The position numbers and the translations under genes are program-made. Shown one piece after another: positions 30,394 through 39,246 of a DNA stretch of 64,000 nucleotides; positions within the stretch are counted from its first letter, which is position 1; the number at the start of each line of letters is the position of its first letter. The notes beneath the pieces are model-generated. The model was given only the letters and a program-made list of their open reading frames with translations, made no database searches and was not told the DNA's origin. Origin of the DNA: Thermoplasmatota archaeon (GTDB lineage: Archaea; Thermoplasmatota; Thermoplasmata; UBA10834); contig JBFMHR010000002.1 of NCBI GenBank assembly GCA_040751795.1, positions 128,001-192,000 on the forward strand. Reading direction: 5' to 3'.

Positions 30394-30439
30394 AAAAATG
30401 GATTTAGGCGGCCGGGCGGTCTCCCGCGCCGGCCCCTAA
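30394..30439 (-). terminator. Hairpin with GAGA tetraloop followed by a U-run between the two MttB genes
   Basis: TTAGGGGCCGGCGCGG-GAGA-CCGCCCGGCCGCCTAA then CCATTTTT on minus strand. Confidence 0.5.
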
Positions 30440-30451
30440 CAGGTTTCTCAT

Positions 30452-31921
30452 CTAGTGGACCTTCGACTCGCCGCCCCACATGGGCTTCTTGGCCTTCTCG
30501 ATCACGCCGGTCAATGCCTTCTGCTTGTCCGCCGGGATCGGGGCGACCTTGTGCTCGGCCAGGATCTTCTTGACCCTGTCCCTCGCGGCGTCCCTGAGGG
30601 TCTTCGAGCCGGTCTGCGACCAAGCGTCGTAGGAGCGCCTGTCGATGAGCGTCGGCCTGAAGTGCTCGCTCTTGAGGTGGTCTACCGTGTGCCTCTGGGC
30701 GAGGAAGTTCTTCCCCACGCCGACCTTCTCAATCACGTCGAGCGCGAGCGTGTCCTCGTCCGCCCACTCGCCCCTGATGAGCCTCGCGATGGCGCCGATT
30801 ATCTCGTTGTCCATCACGATCTCCTCGTAGTGCAGGCAGCTCGAGTCCTCGAGCAGCCCGACGCCGCACATCAGGTCCGCGCCCGCCAGCAGCGGCCCGA
30901 CGCAGCCGGTGTAGTACTCCAGGACCGACTGGTCGCCGGGCACCTTGGCCGTCGCAGAGACGCCCACGCAGCTCGGCATCCCGTAGTAGTGCGCGAGCTC
31001 CGTGGCCATGGCCGAGGAGATCGCGTGCTCCGGGCTGCCTCCCGCCCTGACGGTCGTCCTCATGTCCAGCGGGGCGTTCCCCATGCCGTATATGACGGAC
31101 GCGCCAGGCGTGTCGAGCTGGATCATGGTCAGCGCGCTCAGTACCTCGGCGTTGCCGACCGCGAGTGACCCGACGAGGGTCGCAGGGCCGGTGGCGCCGG
31201 GCTGCGGCATCCCGAAGAACACCAGCGGCACGCCCGCCTTGGCGAAGTAGAGGCTCGCGTCCATGACTCCGGCGTCGTGCTGGAGCGGTGCGTACGTGCA
31301 CTGCAGGCAGGAGGTCAGAGGCCTCTGCCTGTACTCCTTCTCGCCGCCCGCCGCGATGTATCCCATCTCGGTCAGGTCCTTGGCGTCGGAGAGCGTCACG
31401 CCCGTCTCGTACATGACGTGCTTCTCCGTGTTGTTCAGGGAAGCGTCGAGGTCGTGCAGGTGCACGACCGACGGGTGCTGGTCCGTCGAGCTGACCATCG
31501 GCCAGTGGATGTGGACGTTCTCGAGGGCGTCGATGATCCTCGAGGAGTTGGCGACGTCCTTCTTGGTCGAGCCCCTCCTCTCGCCGGTCTCGAAGTCCAC
31601 GGCGACCGCGCCGTTGCCGTTCGCGGTCATGTAGCTGTGGTTCAGGTCCAGCTTCGCGTCGTACTTCGGATTCCTCCCGGCCAGGGTGAAAGCGCCCTTC
31701 TTCTTGATGAGCGCCTCCTCGACCAGGTGGGACGGGATCTTGGCGACCCTCGTCTTCTCGTCGACGTCGCAGCCGTTGTCCTTCAACAGCTTCCTGCACG
31801 TCGGGCTGTCGACCTGCACACCGATCTTGTCGAGTATGTGTAGTGTGCTCCAGTGAATCCTGTCCAGGTCCTCATCGCTGAGGATCTGGAACCGGATGCC
31901 CCTCTTGATTCCGTAGGCCAT
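30452..31921 (-). CDS. MttB-superfamily methylamine:corrinoid methyltransferase (non-pyrrolysine)
   Basis: LSDEDLDRIH..TL.IL..IGV, GATGPATLVG, NAEVLS, DMRT, AKVPG.Q, EEIVMDNE. Confidence 0.9.
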   Translation of the reverse strand: MAYGIKRGIRFQILSDEDLDRIHWSTLHILDKIGVQVDSPTCRKLLKDNGCDVDEKTRVAKIPSHLVEEALIKKKGAFTLAGRNPKYDAKLDLNHSYMTANGNGAVAVDFETGERRGSTKKDVANSSRIIDALENVHIHWPMVSSTDQHPSVVHLHDLDASLNNTEKHVMYETGVTLSDAKDLTEMGYIAAGGEKEYRQRPLTSCLQCTYAPLQHDAGVMDASLYFAKAGVPLVFFGMPQPGATGPATLVGSLAVGNAEVLSALTMIQLDTPGASVIYGMGNAPLDMRTTVRAGGSPEHAISSAMATELAHYYGMPSCVGVSATAKVPGDQSVLEYYTGCVGPLLAGADLMCGVGLLEDSSCLHYEEIVMDNEIIGAIARLIRGEWADEDTLALDVIEKVGVGKNFLAQRHTVDHLKSEHFRPTLIDRRSYDAWSQTGSKTLRDAARDRVKKILAEHKVAPIPADKQKALTGVIEKAKKPMWGGESKVH

Positions 31922-31927
31922 TGGACC

Positions 31928-32560
31928 TCACCCGACGAGCCTCTTGGCGACCTCTACCGCGCTGGAGGCGTCGCCGCTGTACCCCTCGGCTCCGATCTCC
32001 TTCGCGTAGGTGTCCGTGACCGGTGCGCCGCCCACGAGGGCCTTCACACCGAGCTTCTTCTGCTTCATCGGGCCTATGACCTCCGCCATCCTGGGCATCG
32101 TGGTGGTCATGAGGGCCGACATAGCGACGATCTTGGGCTTGACCTCCTCCGCCTTCTTGACGAAGTCGTTGGAGGCGACGTTCACGCCGAGGTCGACGAC
32201 CTCGAAGCCGTTCGAGGAGAGCATCGTCGAGACGAGGTTCTTCCCGATCTCGTGGATGTCGTCCTGGACGGTGCCGATGACGACCTTGCCGACGCTCGCC
32301 CTGTGCTGCCCCGACGGTACGGCGGGCTCGAGCACGGCCAACGCAGCCTTCATCGCCTCTGCGCCCATGACGAGCTCGGGTAGGAAGATCTCTCCCTTGC
32401 CGAACTTCTCGCCGACGGTCTTGATTCCCTCCGCAAGGCCCTTCTCTATGGCGACAAGCGGGTCAACGCCTCCCTTCAGCGCCTCCTTTGCGAGGTCGGC
32501 GATGGTCTCCATCTCGTAGTTTATCACTGCGTTCCTAAGCCGTGTCACTGCATCTTCCAT
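31928..32560 (-). CDS. Methyltransferase cognate corrinoid protein (MttC/MtbC type)
   Basis: FLPELV, GTVQDDIHEIGKNLV, DLG, SALMTTT, VGGAPV. Confidence 0.93.
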   Translation of the reverse strand: MEDAVTRLRNAVINYEMETIADLAKEALKGGVDPLVAIEKGLAEGIKTVGEKFGKGEIFLPELVMGAEAMKAALAVLEPAVPSGQHRASVGKVVIGTVQDDIHEIGKNLVSTMLSSNGFEVVDLGVNVASNDFVKKAEEVKPKIVAMSALMTTTMPRMAEVIGPMKQKKLGVKALVGGAPVTDTYAKEIGAEGYSGDASSAVEVAKRLVG

Positions 32561-32573
32561 TGGTGTAAACCCC

Positions 32574-32665
32574 CAATCGGTGTCCTTCCAGGACTCGCGT
32601 CCCGAAGGGCTCTTTCTGTCGGTCCTAGGGTGGTTCATCCGGAGACGAATCCCCTACTCCGATTG
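32574..32665 (-). ncRNA. Structured 5' leader (riboswitch-like candidate) of the corrinoid/MttB operon
   Basis: CAATCGG/CCGATTG closing stem, long inner hairpin and GNRA hairpin; lies between TATA (32692-32686) and start codon. Confidence 0.45.
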
Positions 32666-32862
32666 AACCGGCATACTCGATACCCTAATTAAGGTTTCTG
32701 TTGGGTGAGGGTCGCCCCACGGGACCGGCATGAAATGAAATGCGTCGTCTAATATATTAATCGCAACATGCCACTCAGTGGGCGCGAGCAAGCCCGGCCG
32801 ACGCCCAACCCAAACGTTTTTCTCAGAGGAGGCGTTCACCCCCCTCTGAGGAGGCGAGTTCA

Positions 32863-33753
32863 ATGCCTTGTTCGGTCGTGCCAGTGATTGAGCTTAAGGG
32901 TACCGCGAAGACGGTGAAGATAGGCGGCGGGATGACGCCGGTGCTCGTCGGGGAGAGGATCAACCCGACGAACAGGAAGGACCTCATCGCCAAGCTGAAG
33001 GCGGGCGAGTTCCAGGTGCTGGAGTTCGAGGCCAAGCGGCAGGTCGAGAACGGCGCGGACGTCCTGGATGTCAACGTCGGAGTCCCCGGCATCGACGAGA
33101 AGCACGCGATGCAGGAGGCCCTCAGGATAGTGCAGGACGCGGTGGACGTCCCCCTGTGGATCGACACGTCGGACCCGGCGGTGCTCGAGCTGGCCCTGAA
33201 GAACGTCAGGGGCCGCGTGGGCATCAACTCGACGACCGGCGAGGAGAAGCGCATGGACGCCGTCATACCTCTCGCGGCCCAGTACGACGCGGCCCTTGTG
33301 GGCCTGTGCATCGACGACGCGGGCATCCCCCAGACGGCCGAGAAGAGGGTCGAGATCGCGAAGAGGATAATCGACCGCGCCGAGAAGGAGGGCATGGACA
33401 GGAAGAACCTCATAATCGACTGCGTCGCCCTCGCCTGCGGCACATCGACCACGGGCGCGAAGGCCACCCTGGACACCATAAGGATCTGCACCGAGGAGCT
33501 CGGAGTCAACACGACCGTGGGCCTGAGCAACGTCTCGTTCGGCCTCCCCGACAGGCCGAGGCTCAACGCCGCGTTCATGCTGATGTGCGCCGGCCAGGGG
33601 ATGACCTGCTTCATCGGCAACCCGCTGGACCCGAACATGCAGTTCTCGCTGAAGGCCTCGAAGCTCTTCTGGGGCGAGGACAAGTTCGGGATGGGCTACC
33701 TCACCTACTTCAGGAAGATGCAGGCCGCCCAGCCCGCGCCCGAGAAGAAGTGA
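32863..33753 (+). CDS. Methyl-corrinoid:tetrahydrofolate (pterin-binding) methyltransferase, AcsE/MtgA-like
   Basis: VGERINPT, GADVLDVN, PLWIDTS, INS, IID, GLSNVSFGLP.R. Confidence 0.9.
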   Translation: MPCSVVPVIELKGTAKTVKIGGGMTPVLVGERINPTNRKDLIAKLKAGEFQVLEFEAKRQVENGADVLDVNVGVPGIDEKHAMQEALRIVQDAVDVPLWIDTSDPAVLELALKNVRGRVGINSTTGEEKRMDAVIPLAAQYDAALVGLCIDDAGIPQTAEKRVEIAKRIIDRAEKEGMDRKNLIIDCVALACGTSTTGAKATLDTIRICTEELGVNTTVGLSNVSFGLPDRPRLNAAFMLMCAGQGMTCFIGNPLDPNMQFSLKASKLFWGEDKFGMGYLTYFRKMQAAQPAPEKK

Positions 33754-33862
33754 GCCGGGGCCCCGGCCGAAACGCTCCAAACCCCTTGTTCTCTGCCACC
33801 CGCTGCGCAGCCATGGCTCACGCCGCTGTGAACGGACCCGGGAACGGTGCCAGTCCCCGGCC

Positions 33863-35569
33863 TCAGCGCTTCCGCAGCTTCGGGTTGAGCACGTCGTCGA
33901 GGGCGTACCCGACCAGCGAGAAGGACAGGACCATTATGATGATGGACAGTCCGGGCATGAGGATCCACCACCACGCCCCCATGCTGAAGGCGCTGTAGTC
34001 GTAGGCCCCCTCGAGCATCGCGCCCCAGCTGATGACGTCCGGGTCGCCCAGGCCGAAGAAGGTGAGGAACGCCTCGGAGAATATCGCGAGCGCGATGAGC
34101 AGAACGGTGTTGGCGAATATGAGCGGCATGACGTTGGGCAGGATGTGCACGCTGATGATGTGCGCGTCGCCAGCGCCGACGGCCCTGGCCCTCTCGATGA
34201 ACTGCCTCTCCTTGATTGTCAGGACCTGCGACCTCACTATCCTCGCGGTGGAGGGCCAGCCGGTTATGCCTATGACCACTATGACCCAGATGAACTCCTG
34301 GCCCAGGATGGCCATCATCACGATCATCAGTGGGAACCAGGGCAGCACCAGGAAGAAGTCGGTGACCCTCATCAGGACCTCCGACGTCACGCGGCCGAAG
34401 TACCCGGCCGCAAGGCCTATCGACGCGCCCAGGACCACCGATATGAGCGTGGCGACGAGGCCCACCATCAGGCTGGCCCTGGCGCCGAAGACCGTGAGGC
34501 TGTATATGTCGCGCCCGGAGGTGTCCGTCCCGAACGGGTGTATCATCCCTGTGTAGGGCGACTCGTCGAAGGTCGGAGGCAGCGGGTTGACCCAGTCGGG
34601 CCTTATGGATGGTTCGACGTAGTCGATGCTCGTCGGGTCGGGGGCCACCGATATCCAGGGGGCGAACAGCGCCATCCCGACGAATATCAGCAGCACTATG
34701 AAGCCGGAGAAGCCGAGCCTGTTCTGCTTGAATATCCTCCAGGTCTTCTTCGACGACTTCACCCTCAGGCGGAGCTTGTCGATGTCCGTCTTGGTCACCA
34801 GGGCGTGGTCCCGCCTGAGCTTTGTGACGACGAACCATGTCGCGAGCGACACCGTTATTGCCGTGAGCAGGACCTTCCCCCAGTTCTCGTCGAGCCATGT
34901 GGGCGGGGCGTAGACGTCCATGTACGTGGCTGTCTCGTTCTCGAGGCCGCCGACGTCCGTCACCCTCAGCGTTATGGTGAAGTTGCCGGTCTCGTTGAAG
35001 TAGTACAGGTGGACGGGCCCGACGAGCTCGGCCACCGTCTCCCCGTCCTTGGATATGGTCCACTCGAAGAGGACGATGGCTGCGTTGTCCGTGGAGCCGG
35101 AGCCGTTGAGGGTTATCAGCGTGGACTGGAGTATCCTCAGGCCGCGGTTCGCCTTGGCGACCGGGGGCTCGTCGTCCACCCTCGCGGTCATGATCACATA
35201 GTCGACGCCCGAGTTGCCGTCCCCGTCGTGCACTGTCAGGGTGACGTTGTGCGCCCCGACCGTGGCGAACATGTAGACCGGGCTCGCCCCGTAGAGGACG
35301 CGGGAGCCCCCGTCGTAGAAAGTCCACGTGTGGTTGACGACGGCGACGTCGTCGGTCGAGCCGCTCCCGTCGAATGTGATGTTGAGCCCGAGGTAGACGG
35401 TCCTGTCCGGCCCGGCGTCCGCGACCGGGTGGGTCGGGTCCTGCAGCGCCGAGGCGAGCGGGAGCGCCATCAGCACGAGCACTGCGCACGCGATGACTGC
35501 GGAGACCACCTCCGTGAGGGGTGGTATCGTCCTGTCACCGGCATCGGTCATGCTGTTCGAGACAGACAC
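33863..35569 (-). CDS. Oligopeptide ABC permease (OppC/DppC) with N-terminal TM and two PKD domains
   Basis: PVADAGPD...FDGSGSTD...W PKD repeats, then HPFGTD..GRD, ERARAVGA (EAA), HILPN, SWGAML; start uncertain. Confidence 0.88.
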   Translation of the reverse strand: MSVSNSMTDAGDRTIPPLTEVVSAVIACAVLVLMALPLASALQDPTHPVADAGPDRTVYLGLNITFDGSGSTDDVAVVNHTWTFYDGGSRVLYGASPVYMFATVGAHNVTLTVHDGDGNSGVDYVIMTARVDDEPPVAKANRGLRILQSTLITLNGSGSTDNAAIVLFEWTISKDGETVAELVGPVHLYYFNETGNFTITLRVTDVGGLENETATYMDVYAPPTWLDENWGKVLLTAITVSLATWFVVTKLRRDHALVTKTDIDKLRLRVKSSKKTWRIFKQNRLGFSGFIVLLIFVGMALFAPWISVAPDPTSIDYVEPSIRPDWVNPLPPTFDESPYTGMIHPFGTDTSGRDIYSLTVFGARASLMVGLVATLISVVLGASIGLAAGYFGRVTSEVLMRVTDFFLVLPWFPLMIVMMAILGQEFIWVIVVIGITGWPSTARIVRSQVLTIKERQFIERARAVGAGDAHIISVHILPNVMPLIFANTVLLIALAIFSEAFLTFFGLGDPDVISWGAMLEGAYDYSAFSMGAWWWILMPGLSIIIMVLSFSLVGYALDDVLNPKLRKR

Positions 35570-35579
35570 ATCATCACCC

Positions 35580-36557
35580 TCAGATCTTGACCCTCGGGTC
35601 AAGGTAGAAGTACACCATATCGGCGATCAGGTTCGCCACGAGCACGGCTATGGCCATGAGCAGGAACAGGGCCTGGAGGAGTGGGTAGTCGAGGTTCACG
35701 ACCGCCTCCCAGGTGAGCAGCCCGAGCCCGTCGTACGAGAACACCATCTCCACCATTATCGTCCCGCCAAGCACCCAGCCGACGCTTATGGCGAGGACGG
35801 TGACGACAGGGAGCAGGGCGTTCTTCATCGCGTGGTCGTTGAGGATGCTCTTGTTCGAGACCCCCTTGGCGCGCGCCGTGGTTATGTAGTCCTCGGTGAG
35901 CACGTCCGTGAGCGAGTTCCTCATGATGAGCGCGAACTCGGCCATTATCTCGAGGGTGAACGCGATGACAGGCAGGACCAGGTGATACCCGCGGTCCATG
36001 ACCTTCCCGAAGAGGTTCATGTCCGCGTAATCGGTCGGGCTGTAGGCGCCCTGTAAGGGGAACCACTGGAGCTCCCCGGCGAACAGCATGAGCAGTATGA
36101 GCGCGAACAGGAACGTGGGCATCGAGTAGAACACGAGGGCGAAGGCCATGCCGAGGGTGTCGGCCGGCCTCCCCCTCCTCCAGGCCGCGTACTTGCCCAG
36201 GGCGACCCCGAGCCACACCGCGAGGGCGGTGCCGATCCCCACGAGGAGGACCGTGTTGAATATCTTGGGGCCGATGGCGTCCTGGATGTCGCTGCCCTTC
36301 CAGACGCCGGTGCTGACGCCCAGGTCCCCCGTGAACACCTGTATTATGTAGTAGTACAGCTGGGTCAGCAGGGGGTCGTTGAGGTGGTACTCCTCCCTGA
36401 TGAGGTCCTTCAGCTCCTCGGACCCGGACTTGGGCACGATGACGGCCGCTGGGTCGCCGGGCATGATCCTGAACAGGAAGAAGTTGAAGGCGATTATGGC
36501 GAAGAGCGTGATCACTAGGTAGATCAGCTTCCTGGTGAAGTACGTCCGCATGTCCAT
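35580..36557 (-). CDS. Oligopeptide ABC permease (OppB/DppB)
   Basis: MPGDPA, GDLGVS, HLVLP, EDYITTARAKG, HAMKNALLP, DPRVK. Confidence 0.93.
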   Translation of the reverse strand: MDMRTYFTRKLIYLVITLFAIIAFNFFLFRIMPGDPAAVIVPKSGSEELKDLIREEYHLNDPLLTQLYYYIIQVFTGDLGVSTGVWKGSDIQDAIGPKIFNTVLLVGIGTALAVWLGVALGKYAAWRRGRPADTLGMAFALVFYSMPTFLFALILLMLFAGELQWFPLQGAYSPTDYADMNLFGKVMDRGYHLVLPVIAFTLEIMAEFALIMRNSLTDVLTEDYITTARAKGVSNKSILNDHAMKNALLPVVTVLAISVGWVLGGTIMVEMVFSYDGLGLLTWEAVVNLDYPLLQALFLLMAIAVLVANLIADMVYFYLDPRVKI

Positions 36558-36673
36558 GTCAGCGCTCCCCCCTCTCGGCCGGTCTGACTTTCACTGGATC
36601 GTATCCCCTTTGCTCAGGCCACGCCTCGTCTCTTGCTCCCATCTTCTCGGCGCTATATGATGAAACGTATCAT

Positions 36674-36695
36674 GGCCCGGGCTCGCGCCCGGGCC
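36674..36695 (-). terminator. Perfect 9-bp GC hairpin with GCGA loop just after the binding-protein gene
   Basis: GGCCCGGGC-GCGA-GCCCGGGCC on minus strand; terminator or mRNA stabiliser. Confidence 0.5.
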
Positions 36696-36705
36696 GGTAT
36701 GGTTT

Positions 36706-38673
36706 TCACTCCCCGAGGGGGCTCTCGCCCTCCTCCTTCTTCCCGCCCTTCTTCTTCATGAGGAGCAGGGCCACGACCGCGACGACGGCCGCGACCGCCA
36801 CCCCCGCGGCGACGAACACCATGATGTCGACATCAGGGTCGGTCACGGGCGGCGTGGTGTCGTCAGGCACCAGGTCGAAGAACAGCGGGTTCCCGGTCCA
36901 GAAGGCGTCCATGCTCCTTCCGGGGTCGCCCTCCCAGTCGCCCCACCCGGTGAAGGTGTCGGTCCTCCATGCGTAGGTCTGGTACGGGTAGGCGAGTATG
37001 ATGTACGCCGCGTCCAGGTAGTTGACGCGCTGGCAGGCGTCGGTGTACTGCTTCCTGGTCTCGTAGTCGAACTCGGAGATGGACTTGCTGTAGTTCTCCT
37101 CGTACGCCTCGGAGGTGTACATGTTGTCGTTCCATCCCGCCCATGACCACTCGGACTGGCAGAAGAGCATGAAGTTCGGGTCGGGGTCCGCGCTCCAGTA
37201 CCATATCATGGTGTCGTAGGCGTAGGAGTAGGCCTCGGTGCTCAGCTTCGCCTCGGTCATCACGGTGTACGTCAGGGCGACGCCGATGTCCGCCCAGACC
37301 TCCACGAGGTACGCGGCAATCTCCTTCTCCTCCGGGAACTCGATCCTGATCATCATGTCGAAGGCCAGGGGAGTGTCCGGCGGGACCCAGCCCTCCTGGA
37401 CCGCAAGGCTGTCCACTGTGGCGACCCTCACGTTGGGGCTCGCCACGGTGTACTTGTACCCGTTGTCCTCGAGGTGCTGCTCCGCTGCGGCGAGGTCGAA
37501 GTCGTAGAGCTCGTCCGCCGTGGGCTCGTAGTGCCAGAGCTCGTTCACGGGGGATATGAGCGTCGAACCTTCCTCCGCGTACCCGAGGTAGTACTGGTCC
37601 ACTATCCACTGCTTGTTCGTGGCCATCGCCAGGGCCTCCCTGACAGCCGGGTCGAGCCTGGCCGGGTTGGGGCCCTGGTCGTTCATGTTGAATGCGATCT
37701 CGGTCCAGTACTGGGTGCACTTCAGCCCATCGAAGACCTCGATGTCCGTCACGTCGCCGCTCTCCACGTCCGACTTCAGCGCGTCGTACTCGGATGGCGG
37801 GAACTGGGCTATGTCGAGCTCCCCGTTCTGGAGCGCCAGGTTCATGGCGACGGAGTCGTCGTAGAAGTACATGACCAGCTTGTCGAACTGGACCTCCTTG
37901 CCCTCCTCGGCCCAGTGGTGGTTCGGGTTCTTCAGGAGCGTGATGTGGTTGCCCTCGAAGTACTCGTCCTCTATGTCCGGACCGGCCATGAACGGCCCGG
38001 TGCCGACTATCGGCGGGCCCCCGTCGTCGAACAGACCGTTCCAGGTGAACGCGATGTCGAACGGCGTCATGGACTCGAGCTTGTGCCTCGGGATCATGGG
38101 GATGCAGATGAGCTCTGCGTATGCGGCAGGCGTCGGCTCCCCGCTCTCCCTCTCGTAGAAGTGGATCCTTATCGTGTCATCGTCCACCCGGTCGGCGTAG
38201 TGCATGAAGTAGGCGTACGGCTGGTACGCCCACCAGGTCTCGTAGAACTCGCCGTTCATGTCGATGACCCACTCAGCGTCCTCCGCCGTGAACGGCTCCC
38301 CGTCATGCCATCGGACATCAGGGTTGAGGTCGAACTCCCAGACGGAACCGTAGGGCTCCTCCGAGGCCACCAATTCCGGATCGGTGACGGGGACGATCGA
38401 CCAGTTGGTGGCGATGTTGCCAACCGTCTCGAAGTCGTTCCCCACGGAGTGCAGGGCGTCGTAGACCAGGCCGTAGAACACGTACGCGGCGTCGGTCAGC
38501 CCAACCATCGGGTTGAGGCTGTCGACCTTCTGCATGAACCCGACCCTGAGTACGGTCTCGGTCTCCTCGTCCTGCGCGGCGACGGAGCTCACCACTCCGA
38601 ACAGCCCACCTATCGGCATGCACAGGACCGTAGCTATCGTCACAATGGCACACAATGAGATTACCTTGCTCAA
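36706..38673 (-). CDS. ABC transporter substrate-binding protein family 5 (OppA/DppA) with C-terminal membrane anchor
   Basis: Signal peptide, SLNP, WHDGEPFTAED, VGTGPF, VREAL, C-terminal TM and KKK; probable TTG start after GGGAG. Confidence 0.92.
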   Translation of the reverse strand: MSKVISLCAIVTIATVLCMPIGGLFGVVSSVAAQDEETETVLRVGFMQKVDSLNPMVGLTDAAYVFYGLVYDALHSVGNDFETVGNIATNWSIVPVTDPELVASEEPYGSVWEFDLNPDVRWHDGEPFTAEDAEWVIDMNGEFYETWWAYQPYAYFMHYADRVDDDTIRIHFYERESGEPTPAAYAELICIPMIPRHKLESMTPFDIAFTWNGLFDDGGPPIVGTGPFMAGPDIEDEYFEGNHITLLKNPNHHWAEEGKEVQFDKLVMYFYDDSVAMNLALQNGELDIAQFPPSEYDALKSDVESGDVTDIEVFDGLKCTQYWTEIAFNMNDQGPNPARLDPAVREALAMATNKQWIVDQYYLGYAEEGSTLISPVNELWHYEPTADELYDFDLAAAEQHLEDNGYKYTVASPNVRVATVDSLAVQEGWVPPDTPLAFDMMIRIEFPEEKEIAAYLVEVWADIGVALTYTVMTEAKLSTEAYSYAYDTMIWYWSADPDPNFMLFCQSEWSWAGWNDNMYTSEAYEENYSKSISEFDYETRKQYTDACQRVNYLDAAYIILAYPYQTYAWRTDTFTGWGDWEGDPGRSMDAFWTGNPLFFDLVPDDTTPPVTDPDVDIMVFVAAGVAVAAVVAVVALLLMKKKGGKKEEGESPLGE

Positions 38674-38963
38674 TCTCCCTACCAAAGTCGTATCCCCCAC
38701 ACTTCCGTTGCGTTGGATCCTTCCCTAGGGACATCGCCAGGCAGGCGGCCCAGCCATCCCCCATGGCGCCGCTTTCCCCGCTGAGGCCCGTGACCCGGTG
38801 AAACTCCTCAGCCGGCGCTCAGGCACGTTGAATGTCCACTTTGGTATAAGAAGATTGTCACAATGAACGTGTTGATTCCCACAGCGTTCGACGCTTGAAG
38901 CAAAAATCGAAACGAAATTGCAAAAACACATGATAATTTACTATTTTCGTTGTCCGGCGTGTG

Positions 38964-39089
38964 AATCACTAGCGCACCGAGCAAGCGGCAGAGCGGATTC
39001 TGCCGCGATTCGACGGCGTGATCAGCTCTTGCGGGCTGAAGAGAGACGGGCGCCTGCGTCCTCATCTTGCTCCGCGCATTCTCGTGATT
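38964..39089. ncRNA. Candidate multi-branched structured RNA in long intergenic region
   Basis: Nested stems AATCAC/GTGATT and GAGCAAG/CTTGCTC enclosing three hairpins. Confidence 0.35.
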
Positions 39090-39173
39090 AGGCCGCGCGC
39101 ATCTTCCTTGCCGTCTGTGAGTTCGGCTTGATGACAACACTTACTCCTGGACGTCTAGAATCCAACTATCTGG

Positions 39174-39200
39174 CTGTCACGAAGTGACAGGGTATTTATA
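39174..39200 (+). promoter_or_regulatory. Palindrome plus TATA box of the large surface protein gene
   Basis: CTGTCAC-GAA-GTGACAG (39174-39190), then TTTATA (39195-39200). Confidence 0.6.
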
Positions 39201-39246
39201 GTGGCGAGTCCTTTTCGAGCGCTAGGCGGCAAGTTGAGCCCACGAC

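Noticed and set aside
28892-31921. Pyrrolysine recoding in the MttB genes
   Set aside because: Both ORFs are full length with no internal TAG, and no pyl genes are in the window
32574-32665. Known cobalamin, THF, ZTP or ykkC riboswitch
   Set aside because: Only fragmentary resemblance; core consensus elements not found by eye, so kept as an unassigned candidate
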